DNA from: a virus
Length of the DNA stretch: 64,000 bases
Strand: one strand, 5' to 3'
IMG/VR virus record: IMGVR_UViG_3300020477_001475
Location: 1-64,000 of that record
The notes beneath the pieces are model-generated. The model saw nothing but the letters and a program-made list of their open reading frames with translations, ran no database searches and was not told the origin of the DNA. This document shows positions 1-11,249 of this stretch, piece after piece (position 1 is the first letter of the stretch; every line of letters begins with the position of its first letter). The position numbers and the translations under genes are program-made.

Positions 1-3000
1 TGGAAAATTTCATAACCAGTAACATAATTTATACCATTTGCCATTCTACTGTCACATAATGTTTCTAAAATTTCATTAGAAGGACCCATTGGTTGCATAG
101 TATAAGCTGGACCAAGTCGTAAAGCGTTTTCATTATGAACTCCGACACACAACATCTTTTGTGCATCAGTTAAATCATTTCCATCATTAGGATACCAATA
201 CCACTGCATTTCTACATCAATATGACAAAACATTCCTTGAGTACCAGGTGCACAACTCGAATATGGATTATATTTACCTTCAGTATCCATACAAAGTACA
301 TGATTACCATAATCCATAATATCTACATTAGTAACAGGTGTTATACAATTACCTGTAGGGTTGGGATTACTACCGCTAAATCTATCATCACAAGGTCCTC
401 TTACATCCACACATTGCGAATAGTCACAATTACCAATATCATATGCCGCGGCTGGATTGTAATTAGAAGCATATTTATCCGTACAATCAAAAATAACTTC
501 ACAACAACAATCTTGACATGCATTCCATGGATTTTTACCAAATGGTCCTAGAGAACCATCATAATCAGCATGATCAGGTCCTATTTGAGTATCCCATAAT
601 GCAGTATTATAATTATCACATAACCATTCTCCAGCATCATAACAAGTTGAATTTTGTTCATCTGCGATAAATTGTTTCCAAGCATCTTCATCTGTTGCAT
701 GTATATAAAAATGAGGGGTATGAATACCATTCTCTGTATCCGGTGCATAATCATTCTCAATAAGAAAATTAAATGGATTTATAAATCCACTATAGTTATT
801 TTCCCTAGCTTTAAATAGTGTATTCATCTGCAACCAAGTACTGTCCGTCATAGATGCATAAAAACACCCAGAATTTTTACAAGTTGTTCTAAATTCTGGC
901 CATGTTACATTACATTCATTAGCTAAGTCTACACCACCAAATTCATATTGATAATAATTAATACTATCCGGATTACTACAACCCACTGCATAATAACAAG
1001 AACCATCGTCTATCTTTACATCCGGATCATAATTTAAAGCTTGTATATTTTTGTATGATTCCCATAAAAATGCAGAATATGGGTATTGAATATCAGGTAT
1101 ACCTGTACCAGCAAGTGGATCATTATCTTCACCTTCAGGACTAGGATTCCCAGTATAGTGATATGGATTACCCATCCAATAAAGGGCGTCCAACATACCA
1201 CTATCCTTACAACCTATAGTTTTTGGTGTAACTTCCACATCGAATGGATATTGATTAAAATTATTATTTATACCACTAGACCACCAACCATCTGGTGAAG
1301 TATAACTTGACAAACCTTCTTCAAATGTTTCCAAAATTTCACGTATATGATTATCTTCTTGATTATTTATATGAACTCCATCCAAATCTAAATTTGATCC
1401 ATACATTACATAATAATTATATAAGTCTACCCAATCTTTTATAGGTATACCATCTATATTACCCGTTACACCTTCAATAACATACTGACTTAAAGGGTAG
1501 TTTGAATTAGTTACAGAAGTTGGTATAGAATAAATACATGAAGAATTACATACAGAAATAAAAGGTCCATAATCATCATCATTCACATTTAAATAGTTAT
1601 ACGATTGACCATTGGGTAGAGTAGTTGATTGATTATTATCAACACTACAATCTGATTGTTCATAACATATATTACCAACATCAGACCATTGTGGTATACC
1701 AGAACTACCTATATTTGACCAATATCCACCAGCATCAAACCACTTTAGAATATCACAATTAATATCGTCACTATTATCTTCAAAACAATAAATTGGTGAT
1801 TTTGGACCAATACAATGAAAATCATCATTAACATTACATAAAGCAATATCATCAAATACACCCATACATTCATCATATGTCAAATCAGAATTAAAAATTC
1901 CATCTTCCCATACTTGAAACATACCACTTTGAAAATCTGAATTACATAATGCATGTCCTTCTTGAGGGAACTGAGATGATATATTAATGCCTTTGTTTGA
2001 AGGTTTCCACAATGTACATTTATCATATTGTGCTTCAGGATTATAATTTATTGCTCTATTATCCATACACCCAAATCCAGGACAAGTTGGATCTTGACCT
2101 TCACCAAAACAAACGCCAGCCGTAACACATGTATCATCATTAAAATCTGGATTATTTTGAGAATGAATCCAATAGTGTATACCATTAATTACAGCTTGAT
2201 ATTCCCAATGAGACCAATTAGTATTAAAATCACCACTATTCCAACCATCTGGATTAGGTTGTGTCCATGGAGGTGTTCCCCAACCATCATTATCAGAATT
2301 CCAAGCACCGTCGAATGGCCAATAATAACCATCCAATTGACAATCAGTATAGATATTTGTACCCCCGTAACTACCACAAGTATCATCCCCAGACCACATA
2401 TTACCTTCAGATGGTATAAAATTACCATAAGGTAAATAATCGACACTTGGTGGTGCACCACCCCAATTTCCTTCCGCGATATCAATACAAGTATAATTAT
2501 AATCACAATCACCAAATTGATTAATAGCATGTTGTAAACACCATGGTATAACATCACAAAATTTATTGTTATTGAAATTTAATGAAATACCTGTATTAGT
2601 TCCATCCCAATTATCACACAATTTAGTATCTATTATACCTTGAAATTCATTATTTTGCAAATGTAATAATTGTAACTTTTGATTAAAATCATCATCAAAA
2701 TCTAATCCATCAGCATGACTAGCCACTAAACTTAAAAGATTACCTGGTAAAATTCCACTAAACCAATTATCATTTAAATATAACCATTCAAGTTTAGTTT
2801 GATCCCAACCCACATCATCAGGTATTTCTCCATTTATGTTATTATTTGATAAATTTAAATAATATAAATTTGACATATATTGTATAGAATTGAATACATT
2901 TTGTGATATATTAGACAAATAATTATTATCTACTATCTTCACATATTCAAGACTATTGGATAATTTATCAATAGATGTAACACCGATATCCCTAACTACC

Positions 3001-5969
3001 AATAATTTTAAATCATCCAAACCTTGAGTATCAATGGCAGATGGAGATGCATTACCATCACCGTTGCCATATAAATGTAATCTTTTTAAATTATGTAACA
3101 ATTTTATATTTTGTGAAAAATTACCACTCATTCTAATAGGACCAATTTTATTTGGATCCACACTACTACCATCAGTATATTCAGCTTCACGATTAATGAA
3201 GGTATAACCATCCAATTTAAGAACTTCTAAAGCCTTAGCCATAAAAAATCCATCAGGTGCCCAATCGTCATGATATCCATACCACCAATTACCTATGGTA
3301 TTATTAAAATTTTGACTTGGGTAACTTTGACTACGGTAAGTGGAATTATGTCCATTACCAATCCAATTATCCAAGTTAAGCATTTTGTCTGTATTTTCAT
3401 ATTCCACCAAACCATCAATCCCTGTTATATTTGGACAACCTGCACCAGAACAAGCCACCTGATCAAGTGATAATGAAAATTGAACTAATCTACCATTCCT
3501 CCACAATTGCTTACCAAAGTTTAGAATTTTTTTCATATTATGATTACGAGTCCACATATCAGGATTAGTACCAGTATTACCATAACCAGTTCTCAATGAA
3601 CTCAGCGCAATCAAATCATCTACACATCTACCTAAACCATCTGGGTGAGGATTTCCTATGAAATCATTAAAATCATTTACATACATAGCATCTTCAGGTT
3701 CATGTACGCCACCATCGGCACAAATACCGTCAGGACAATTACCCACACTCCAACAATAAGTGTTATTCATATCACAACATTCATAAGGGAATGTACCAGG
3801 ATCACCAAAATCACAACCTTGACCACTTTTATCTATAAAATAATCATCTGGATGTACCCATACATTTGTAAACCCTAATTCACATGGAATTTCACCATAT
3901 GTATCAACTTGTTCATCCAATAAGAAAATTGGATTATCTTCACAAACAGAATCATCAGAACATTCATCTCCAGGATTAATTCCACCAATACACATACCAT
4001 CTTCGAGGTTACAATAACCAGTTCCACAAAAAGCTTGTATAGAAAAACCATTACCACTAAAGTCTGCATATTCCAAATTTTCTAAATTACATATAGAAGG
4101 AGGTATAGCACCATAATAATTAGATTCAGCCACATCTAAATGTTCTAAATTTGTCAGATTACCTATACAACTAGGTATTTGACCAGTCATTTGACGATTT
4201 TTATGTAATCTTAAAAATTTTAAATTTGTTAAATCACATATACATTCTGGTATTTCTCCAGTTAAATTTGGGTTGTTACTTAAATCTAAAACTTCCAAAT
4301 TTTCTAATTGACAAATTTCTTCACCCGGGAAATTATCACCATCATAATTGGTAATGGATGAAGGTGAAATATCTATACCACTCCCTTCAACTGGGATTCC
4401 ATCATGAAATACCAAATTACATTCATAATTTTCATTTCCTTCATCACCAGCACAACGCACTTCATCCAAACAACTCGAAACACTCATAGGATCACATGTA
4501 CAATGTATGTTGTTATCATAATCACATTCATATAACATAGAGCTATTTTTCCAATACCATTCATCATGAGTCAAAACAAATTCTGGTGTATCAGGTCTAC
4601 CATCCCATAAAGACCAATGTTGTGGTTCAGCCTGATTTTTTGCATTTGTTTCTAGACATAAATCTAATTCGTCACTACCTTCGAAATCTTCACCACTTGG
4701 TTCCCACTCCATTGGATTATTTATATCCCAACCTTTTTCCGTTTCTTCATCATAAGGATCATGTCTAGGACCAGTTCTACCATTCCATACAACTTGAGTC
4801 GTCAATTCTTTATCATAAACCCAATTCCATGGCATAGCAACTTGATTTTCATCTATAACTTGAGAAGGACAATCTTCGTATCTACATCTTTTAGCTTCCA
4901 AAGGTCCAGGACAAACTATACCCAAAGTTGCATCAGGACATACACAACATCTAGACGTCATACCAAATTCTTCACCACCATATGCAGTGAATATAGGGGG
5001 TGTTTGCCATTCACAATTGCTTTTAGGTTCACCTCTAGCCCATGAATCTGAAGACCATAAATCTGCTGCATCACTATAACCTTCATCCCATGTATAAGCT
5101 TTTTTGGGTATTAGTTTGTTCCTCAGATTGTAGCCAACTGGTTCGTTTGGATAATATTCAGCCACAACTTCTAGTGGTATATCACTTTGACAATATAACC
5201 CAGGAGCACACTGATTTGAATTTTGACAATGACCATCTCCCAGACCACATCTACCCTTACCATCAATGCCTATATCAACAAACATATCATAATAATCATA
5301 ACTATATGCGGGTTTTAAGGTATCTCCTGTACCACCACTAAAACCGTAACACATATAGACATTCCAAGAGTCGTTACCTTCATAATGTCGGTGACACTTA
5401 CCACCAGTAGTGATACCAGTACCACCACCACGATAATATGATTCATAAGGATCAAATAATGGTTCATCATCTTCACCTAACCATTCACCACCATAATCTT
5501 GTAATGGACCATTAGTTACTTCCAATAATGGCTGATATCCATGAGCTCCATATCGTTCATAAACACCATGAGAATTTAAATAACCACCCGGTACAAGACG
5601 TTCATCAGTACACTGATTTGGCATACCAAATTCAGCAAAATCCCAATCGTAACCTATATTACTTGATTTATGGGGAATGTTACCTTTAAGTAAATTTAAA
5701 TTATTTGGCCATGTACACCAACCCATGGAATGACCAGAACCTTCTTCACAATCAGCATGAGTTTGACAATGATCACCATCTGTACTACTACCTAAAGTTG
5801 ATGTCCAAGTATGTTCATGTTGATTATTCCATGATTGATGTACATCATCAAATCCTTGTGCCAAATCTAAATCACCTTCATACCAGTATCCTTCCGAAGA
5901 AACTGTTTCATAACGTTGAGTTTTTTCATTCCATTGAGATATAACCTCGGTGTTTATCCATCTTTTCAT
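1..5969 (-). CDS. Giant Cys/Asp/Gly-rich protein with plant-type leucine-rich repeats (>=1,989 aa, runs off the left edge); probable baseplate/tail-associated adhesin
   Basis: Not in the ORF track because it has no stop in the window. ATG at 5969 follows a GGAG RBS and reads MKRWINTEVISQWNEK...; the frame is still open at base 3 (...NYVTGYEIF). LRR blocks LENLEVLDLSNNPNLTGEIPECICDLTNL (~4050-4330) and NLYYLNLSNNNINGEIP (~2570-3240); GCMDNRAINYNP-type repeats. Confidence 0.85.
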   Translation of the reverse strand, partial: MKRWINTEVISQWNEKTQRYETVSSEGYWYEGDLDLAQGFDDVHQSWNNQHEHTWTSTLGSSTDGDHCQTHADCEEGSGHSMGWCTWPNNLNLLKGNIPHKSSNIGYDWDFAEFGMPNQCTDERLVPGGYLNSHGVYERYGAHGYQPLLEVTNGPLQDYGGEWLGEDDEPLFDPYESYYRGGGTGITTGGKCHRHYEGNDSWNVYMCYGFSGGTGDTLKPAYSYDYYDMFVDIGIDGKGRCGLGDGHCQNSNQCAPGLYCQSDIPLEVVAEYYPNEPVGYNLRNKLIPKKAYTWDEGYSDAADLWSSDSWARGEPKSNCEWQTPPIFTAYGGEEFGMTSRCCVCPDATLGIVCPGPLEAKRCRYEDCPSQVIDENQVAMPWNWVYDKELTTQVVWNGRTGPRHDPYDEETEKGWDINNPMEWEPSGEDFEGSDELDLCLETNAKNQAEPQHWSLWDGRPDTPEFVLTHDEWYWKNSSMLYECDYDNNIHCTCDPMSVSSCLDEVRCAGDEGNENYECNLVFHDGIPVEGSGIDISPSSITNYDGDNFPGEEICQLENLEVLDLSNNPNLTGEIPECICDLTNLKFLRLHKNRQMTGQIPSCIGNLTNLEHLDVAESNYYGAIPPSICNLENLEYADFSGNGFSIQAFCGTGYCNLEDGMCIGGINPGDECSDDSVCEDNPIFLLDEQVDTYGEIPCELGFTNVWVHPDDYFIDKSGQGCDFGDPGTFPYECCDMNNTYCWSVGNCPDGICADGGVHEPEDAMYVNDFNDFIGNPHPDGLGRCVDDLIALSSLRTGYGNTGTNPDMWTRNHNMKKILNFGKQLWRNGRLVQFSLSLDQVACSGAGCPNITGIDGLVEYENTDKMLNLDNWIGNGHNSTYRSQSYPSQNFNNTIGNWWYGYHDDWAPDGFFMAKALEVLKLDGYTFINREAEYTDGSSVDPNKIGPIRMSGNFSQNIKLLHNLKRLHLYGNGDGNASPSAIDTQGLDDLKLLVVRDIGVTSIDKLSNSLEYVKIVDNNYLSNISQNVFNSIQYMSNLYYLNLSNNNINGEIPDDVGWDQTKLEWLYLNDNWFSGILPGNLLSLVASHADGLDFDDDFNQKLQLLHLQNNEFQGIIDTKLCDNWDGTNTGISLNFNNNKFCDVIPWCLQHAINQFGDCDYNYTCIDIAEGNWGGAPPSVDYLPYGNFIPSEGNMWSGDDTCGSYGGTNIYTDCQLDGYYWPFDGAWNSDNDGWGTPPWTQPNPDGWNSGDFNTNWSHWEYQAVINGIHYWIHSQNNPDFNDDTCVTAGVCFGEGQDPTCPGFGCMDNRAINYNPEAQYDKCTLWKPSNKGINISSQFPQEGHALCNSDFQSGMFQVWEDGIFNSDLTYDECMGVFDDIALCNVNDDFHCIGPKSPIYCFEDNSDDINCDILKWFDAGGYWSNIGSSGIPQWSDVGNICYEQSDCSVDNNQSTTLPNGQSYNYLNVNDDDYGPFISVCNSSCIYSIPTSVTNSNYPLSQYVIEGVTGNIDGIPIKDWVDLYNYYVMYGSNLDLDGVHINNQEDNHIREILETFEEGLSSYTSPDGWWSSGINNNFNQYPFDVEVTPKTIGCKDSGMLDALYWMGNPYHYTGNPSPEGEDNDPLAGTGIPDIQYPYSAFLWESYKNIQALNYDPDVKIDDGSCYYAVGCSNPDSINYYQYEFGGVDLANECNVTWPEFRTTCKNSGCFYASMTDSTWLQMNTLFKARENNYSGFINPFNFLIENDYAPDTENGIHTPHFYIHATDEDAWKQFIADEQNSTCYDAGEWLCDNYNTALWDTQIGPDHADYDGSLGPFGKNPWNACQDCCCEVIFDCTDKYASNYNPAAAYDIGNCDYSQCVDVRGPCDDRFSGSNPNPTGNCITPVTNVDIMDYGNHVLCMDTEGKYNPYSSCAPGTQGMFCHIDVEMQWYWYPNDGNDLTDAQKMLCVGVHNENALRLGPAYTMQPMGPSNEILETLCDSRMANGINYVTGYEIF

Positions 5970-5986
5970 TACGGAAACTCCCCCCT

Positions 5987-6649
5987 TTAAGAGCTTTCTT
6001 GTGATATCTTAAAACCTCTCGCCATAACCAAATCACTTTTTGATATAATTTCAACTTTACATCTATTACCTAAACCAGACTTTGGAGTATAAGTGCCGTC
6101 TCCTAATACATTTCCCATCCAGAAATCACTATCATCAATTCCTTGCAAGTCGATATCGTGTGATGCATTTTCACTTACACCTAAAGGATCATAACTAGCA
6201 ACAATAAAGTACCACTCATTAAAATCTATTGGTACACGAGTATATGTGAACAAACCATCTGAATATTCATTATCTATTTGTGGTATTTCACCAGTAGCCT
6301 TCGTATCACTTCTTGATCTCCAATCTTTGCCCACTTGAGAATCTCGTATTGTTCCATCACCTTCTCTCACAACCAATCTTATAAATCTTTCTGCATTTTC
6401 GTTACCATAAAAATTTTCCCCATCAGAACCAACTGGTGCACTTTTTTCATCTTTATTAACAACAAATGTTTCTAATCTAAATCCATGTGGATCACTATTT
6501 CGTAAGGGACTCCCAAAATTAAATAAAGTTCCGGAATTAACCTTATCTAAAAATCTCACCCACATAGTTATAGTAAAACCTTGTGTTAAATATTTTGGTA
6601 GTGTCATTCCTTCATAAAAATTAGTCGCCATATAATTGCCCCCAATCAT
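5987..6649 (-). CDS. LamG/concanavalin-A-like lectin-fold virion protein
   Basis: GFTITMWVRF and FNEWYFIVASYD are typical LamG strand motifs; lies in the baseplate operon. Confidence 0.6.
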   Translation of the reverse strand: MIGGNYMATNFYEGMTLPKYLTQGFTITMWVRFLDKVNSGTLFNFGSPLRNSDPHGFRLETFVVNKDEKSAPVGSDGENFYGNENAERFIRLVVREGDGTIRDSQVGKDWRSRSDTKATGEIPQIDNEYSDGLFTYTRVPIDFNEWYFIVASYDPLGVSENASHDIDLQGIDDSDFWMGNVLGDGTYTPKSGLGNRCKVEIISKSDLVMARGFKISQESS

Positions 6650-7502
6650 CTTGAGTTATCTCAGTTTCTTTTGCCAATTCTTGTTCTCTACCTTCTTCTT
6701 GTTTAATAATTATAGCATGATTTAAATTTCTTATTTCTACATGACCACTTGATTGGTTATTATATTCAGGTCTTGTATCATCATCATCAGAAGTAGCAGT
6801 TGAATCAATATCTTTTAAATAATCATCCAATTTATTTCTTAACCATTCTAGGGATTGTACATAATCAGATTTTATATTATTTTCAGTTGCATCAGCCGAT
6901 GTACGAGTTATATAAGCACCTGGATTGGTGGGATTTAAAGATATATCATTTTGATTTAAATATGTTTCAGAAGCTCCGTTTAAAACCCAAAAATCAGATT
7001 CAGGTGGAGTTTCATCAAATGTTGGTATTTCACCAGTCAAATTAAAAAATTCAGTAAAAAAATTATCTATTCTTTCTTGCCGTGAAGTTTGTGTTGGTAA
7101 TAATTCAGTTATACTTGTATCCAAAACTTCCATAACTTTATTTGGATCTACAACACTCTGAGAAACTTGGAAATCTACAAATTGACTAACATTATCAGGA
7201 GATGATAAATGTACACCAGTTTGACTTTCCATAAATGTAGTAAATTGTTCAGTGTCACTTATACTATTAATCTGCCCTTCATCAATCTTATCAGTGAGTA
7301 TTGCCATAGCATCTTCAGAATGTGCCAATAAATCATCTTTATATAAGATTACAGAACCAGATTGACTAGTTCTACCAGTTTTAATATTACCATCTTTTAT
7401 TTCTTGTTGGATATCACTGATAGTTTCATATCCACTACCAGAATGTCTTAGAGTGGCTTTAGCTAATTTATCCGATAATATTTCGAAGTTACCTTTTGCC
7501 AT
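6621..7502 (-). CDS. Acidic hypothetical protein, probably structural
   Basis: 293-aa ORF translationally coupled within the baseplate operon. Confidence 0.55.
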   Translation of the reverse strand: MAKGNFEILSDKLAKATLRHSGSGYETISDIQQEIKDGNIKTGRTSQSGSVILYKDDLLAHSEDAMAILTDKIDEGQINSISDTEQFTTFMESQTGVHLSSPDNVSQFVDFQVSQSVVDPNKVMEVLDTSITELLPTQTSRQERIDNFFTEFFNLTGEIPTFDETPPESDFWVLNGASETYLNQNDISLNPTNPGAYITRTSADATENNIKSDYVQSLEWLRNKLDDYLKDIDSTATSDDDDTRPEYNNQSSGHVEIRNLNHAIIIKQEEGREQELAKETEITQDDWGQLYGD

Positions 7503-7503
7503 T

Positions 7504-8625
7504 TTAACTTACCACCTTAAATTCAAAATTATCATCATCATATATTATTTCTTGACCATCTTCATATTCAACCTTCAGAGATATTTTATAAAATCTATAT
7601 GGTTGAAATGTATTTAAATCTTGTAAAAAATAATTACTTGTAGAATCACAACTCATTGAAGTATAAGCACCAAATGGTATAATAGTTTCATTAGTACTCA
7701 AATCAGTTATAGAATAAGTACCACTACCAGATTGTATATATGATCCAGTTGCAGTTTGATATGATGTAGAAAATGTTTTTGTTATATTTCTTTCTCTACA
7801 TCCTATTCTGAATTTTACAGTTTCACTTTCTTTATAACTTGGTTTTATACCTCTAACATAAACATGATTATCTGTTGCACCTGATAAATCCAATTCACCC
7901 AAATCTCCGGCACTAAATGTACTGTCATCCCACTTGATTTCCAATTTAGGAAAATATATCGTATGTGTATTTCTTGAAAAGAATTTTAAATTACCTCTAT
8001 CATTAGAATCACCTGTTTCTGAACTACCACTATATTTAATCAATAAACCATTATTTGGTATACCATTTGGATGTGCATTACTTGAACCACTCATCCACTT
8101 ATTAAATATATCAGTTATATCCATATCAACATCAGCTGATTGATATGAAAATGTTTGTGTAGCTTCGAAGCCACTACCTGTAAAATAAACACCACCACCA
8201 GATGTTGATAAACTTCCAGATTCAACATTAAAACCAGATGTTAATTCCCATTGTGACGAAGTATATCTAGCATCACCATATTCCCATGTTATACCATCAC
8301 TTGTTATCGGATAGTCTTTATATTTTCCACTACCTTCTTCCCAAGATTGTGACATAGCATTTGCAGACAATGTATACGATGTTGGTAAAGCAGAAGCTTC
8401 AGTTGAATATAATCTCAAATTACATTTTGGATTGGTTATAGTACCATCATTTATAGATTTAGATACAGCTGTAATATCAAAATAAGATAATATACGAGTA
8501 GCACCTTTGAATGTATCACCATCATATACTTTTTCCAATTCTAATATTTCATCACCACCATAATTAGCAGATGATGTTAATTCTGTTATCCAAGTATCCT
8601 TATTGGGATAAATAAATTTATGCAT
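7504..8625 (-). CDS. Virion structural protein with DNRLRE-like beta-sandwich domain
   Basis: DTWI...NYG...RILSYFD...W.EG.G...P.LEIKWDD pattern; overlaps the stop of the baseplate wedge gene. Confidence 0.55.
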   Translation of the reverse strand: MHKFIYPNKDTWITELTSSANYGGDEILELEKVYDGDTFKGATRILSYFDITAVSKSINDGTITNPKCNLRLYSTEASALPTSYTLSANAMSQSWEEGSGKYKDYPITSDGITWEYGDARYTSSQWELTSGFNVESGSLSTSGGGVYFTGSGFEATQTFSYQSADVDMDITDIFNKWMSGSSNAHPNGIPNNGLLIKYSGSSETGDSNDRGNLKFFSRNTHTIYFPKLEIKWDDSTFSAGDLGELDLSGATDNHVYVRGIKPSYKESETVKFRIGCRERNITKTFSTSYQTATGSYIQSGSGTYSITDLSTNETIIPFGAYTSMSCDSTSNYFLQDLNTFQPYRFYKISLKVEYEDGQEIIYDDDNFEFKVVS

Positions 8626-10799
8626 TATTGTATCACTCCTCTTACATTGTCATAAGGGTTTTTAAGTTCAAATACCGCAGGTGATGTATCTATATGTGAT
8701 GGTAATATGACACCATTACCATTTTCAGAAACACCATTATCTGTATAAAAATCTGCAAATAGATTAGAAAAAGCCCACCCATATTCAGATGAATTTTCAC
8801 CACCAACACCATTAGTAGGTAAACCACCTGGATAAACTAAATGACTAGATAATCCCAATATATTAGCATCTTGTGTTAATTTTAATTCCTTCACAACTTT
8901 TACACCTTCCAACCCATATATTTTATTTTCTAAATCACTAGTGTAAATAATTTGATTAAATTTCATATCATCTATATTAAAATAATTAATTATTTCATCT
9001 ATAACTCTTAATTTTAATTCTGATTTATTAACATCATCGTGTGCAACAACATTAAATTTTACACCAAAATTAATAACCTTACCATCAGCAATCCTAACTT
9101 CATCAGATAATATTTTAAATTCATTTAAATAATTTGCTATATTTGTTTTAATAGAAGTTGGTGTTTGTACCAAATTTTTATTTTGATCATATGATAATAC
9201 ATAAATTTTTATATTTTTAAATGATAATAATTCGTCATTTGGTGTTTCAGGTATGTTTTCTATAAATGTTGATATTTGTTGCAACTTATCTATTTGATTT
9301 TGATTTATAGTTGGTGTATCGTTTGCACTACCATTAATAATACCAGAAAATAATGTATTAAATGCATCTGAATCCGCACTTCCACCAAAATTACCAGAAT
9401 TATCTATATCAAAAATACTCAAGTCAGCAACATCTTCAGTTGTACCAAATGTATTTCTATTAGCAAATACTTTAGCTATACTGCCGAATTTAGGAGGTAA
9501 TGATAATACTCTAGCTTCATAATCACTTTTAGTCACACATCTATCTTGTGATTTAAAAAATAATTTAGTTTTTTCTCGTATATCATCTACTGATTCCTTA
9601 TCCAACCCACCTCTAGCTGGCTGTTCATTGTCAGAAGATAATGTATTTAATACTGTAGCTTCATCTTCACCTTTAGATGCTAAATCATTTAAAACACTTT
9701 TATTGACTATCGTTGTTAAATCATTAACAGGTACATTCGATTTTATTCCACCACCAGTTCTGTATTTAATTGTAAGTGTTGTATTTGATGGTGATTCACC
9801 TAAAGATTTATATGTAACTTGACCAGAAGGATCTATAGAAGATGGTAAAGATCCTTGTATCAATGCATTTATTTCTTGGTTATCACCAAACACTTCTTCT
9901 ACATACCCACGAGTTATATCTTTTGTTATAGTACCATTACCAAATATCAAACTCGTTTTATTATCCGAATCAACATCAATAATAAATCTTTTATTCGTTG
10001 ACTTATAAGTATTTAATTGAAATGACGATGCAACTACATTACCACCATAAGGATCATTTCTTCTAACAAAATCAGATATTTTATCTTCTGCTAAATAATC
10101 AACTTCATGCCAATTCTTACCATTAGAATCAGTTACACTAATAATATTTATAACATTGGTATCAGGTAATGTTAGTTTTAAAAATTCTTGAGGAGTTGAT
10201 ACAGTAAAAGTTTTTTCTTTAGTTTTACCAGATACAGCTAAAACTTTTCTTTTAAGTTCATATGTTTCAACTAATCCTGAACTATCAGTACTCAAAACAG
10301 TAGGTGCAGAATAACCAGATCCACTAACAGAAAAATCAACTATATCTAATGTTTCAAAAAATACAGTAGAATCAGATGTAGATTGAACAGATAATCCACT
10401 ATCTAATACAAGGGTTTGATCATAATTTGGTCTAACATTAGAAACATCAGATGTAATAGCATCAACTGATTGTTTCAATACCAATTCAACTAAAGCTGGT
10501 ACAGTTGATTTAACTTTATATCCCAATGATTTGGCCAAGTTAATTATATTCCTTCTTTCTTCAGCAGTTGATAACGATGTTTCTTTAAATTGTTGATCAA
10601 TATAAAATGATAAAATATCCCCAACATAAGCAGACATTTCCATCATCATCATTCCAGGAGATGTTTCGTTAAAATCATTATATGTATCAGGAAAATAAGT
10701 TTTTGCATAATTAATTAAATCTTTCCTAAGAGAAGAAAAATCCTTACTTAAATAATTTATATTAATTTCCGATTCACTTTTATTCTTATAATTAGACAT
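8625..10799 (-). CDS. Baseplate wedge subunit (T4 gp6 / baseplate J-like)
   Basis: YLSKDFSSLRKDLINYAKTYFPDTYNDFNETSPG, SLIFGNG, GGLDKESVDDIR, QDRCVTKSDYE. Confidence 0.9.
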   Translation of the reverse strand: MSNYKNKSESEININYLSKDFSSLRKDLINYAKTYFPDTYNDFNETSPGMMMMEMSAYVGDILSFYIDQQFKETSLSTAEERRNIINLAKSLGYKVKSTVPALVELVLKQSVDAITSDVSNVRPNYDQTLVLDSGLSVQSTSDSTVFFETLDIVDFSVSGSGYSAPTVLSTDSSGLVETYELKRKVLAVSGKTKEKTFTVSTPQEFLKLTLPDTNVINIISVTDSNGKNWHEVDYLAEDKISDFVRRNDPYGGNVVASSFQLNTYKSTNKRFIIDVDSDNKTSLIFGNGTITKDITRGYVEEVFGDNQEINALIQGSLPSSIDPSGQVTYKSLGESPSNTTLTIKYRTGGGIKSNVPVNDLTTIVNKSVLNDLASKGEDEATVLNTLSSDNEQPARGGLDKESVDDIREKTKLFFKSQDRCVTKSDYEARVLSLPPKFGSIAKVFANRNTFGTTEDVADLSIFDIDNSGNFGGSADSDAFNTLFSGIINGSANDTPTINQNQIDKLQQISTFIENIPETPNDELLSFKNIKIYVLSYDQNKNLVQTPTSIKTNIANYLNEFKILSDEVRIADGKVINFGVKFNVVAHDDVNKSELKLRVIDEIINYFNIDDMKFNQIIYTSDLENKIYGLEGVKVVKELKLTQDANILGLSSHLVYPGGLPTNGVGGENSSEYGWAFSNLFADFYTDNGVSENGNGVILPSHIDTSPAVFELKNPYDNVRGVIQ

Positions 10800-10809
10800 T
10801 TATATTCTC

Positions 10810-11247
10810 CTAAGATATTTCAACAACAATATTGTCAGTCATTCTTGGATTTTGATTTATAAAAAATTCTATATTAACAGTCAATTTATTAGATCCTAGC
10901 ATAGGATCATTATCCGCCACATCAATTTCCAATTTAGTTATAGTAACAAATGGCAACCAAAAATTAAATGTATCTTTAATATCATTTTGTATTAAAAATT
11001 TAAGTTGATCACTTATAGGTTCAAATAAAAAAGATTTTAAATTAATACCCAAAGTTGGTTGAAAAACTCTTTCACCTCTATTGGTATTCAATAATATTTT
11101 AATATTTTGTTTAACAGCATCAACAGTTAAATCTGTAGATTTAAAATACCCATCAACTCCTTCAGATTTCCTGAATGGTAAATCTATACCAACAAATTTA
11201 TGTGTTTCACTATCTATTACATTTTTCTTATTTAATACTATTGCCAT
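10810..11247 (-). CDS. Baseplate wedge gp25/GpW-like protein
   Basis: NIKILLNTNRGERVFQPTLGINLKSFLFEP motif. Confidence 0.92.
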   Translation of the reverse strand: MAIVLNKKNVIDSETHKFVGIDLPFRKSEGVDGYFKSTDLTVDAVKQNIKILLNTNRGERVFQPTLGINLKSFLFEPISDQLKFLIQNDIKDTFNFWLPFVTITKLEIDVADNDPMLGSNKLTVNIEFFINQNPRMTDNIVVEIS

Positions 11248-11249
11248 TG

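Noticed and set aside
222-5944. Many short ORFs rich in I/T/H/Y, mostly plus-strand, here and across 36.7-56.9 kb
   Set aside because: They are antisense or off-frame shadows of the long minus-strand genes; their composition follows from the reverse-complement codon bias.
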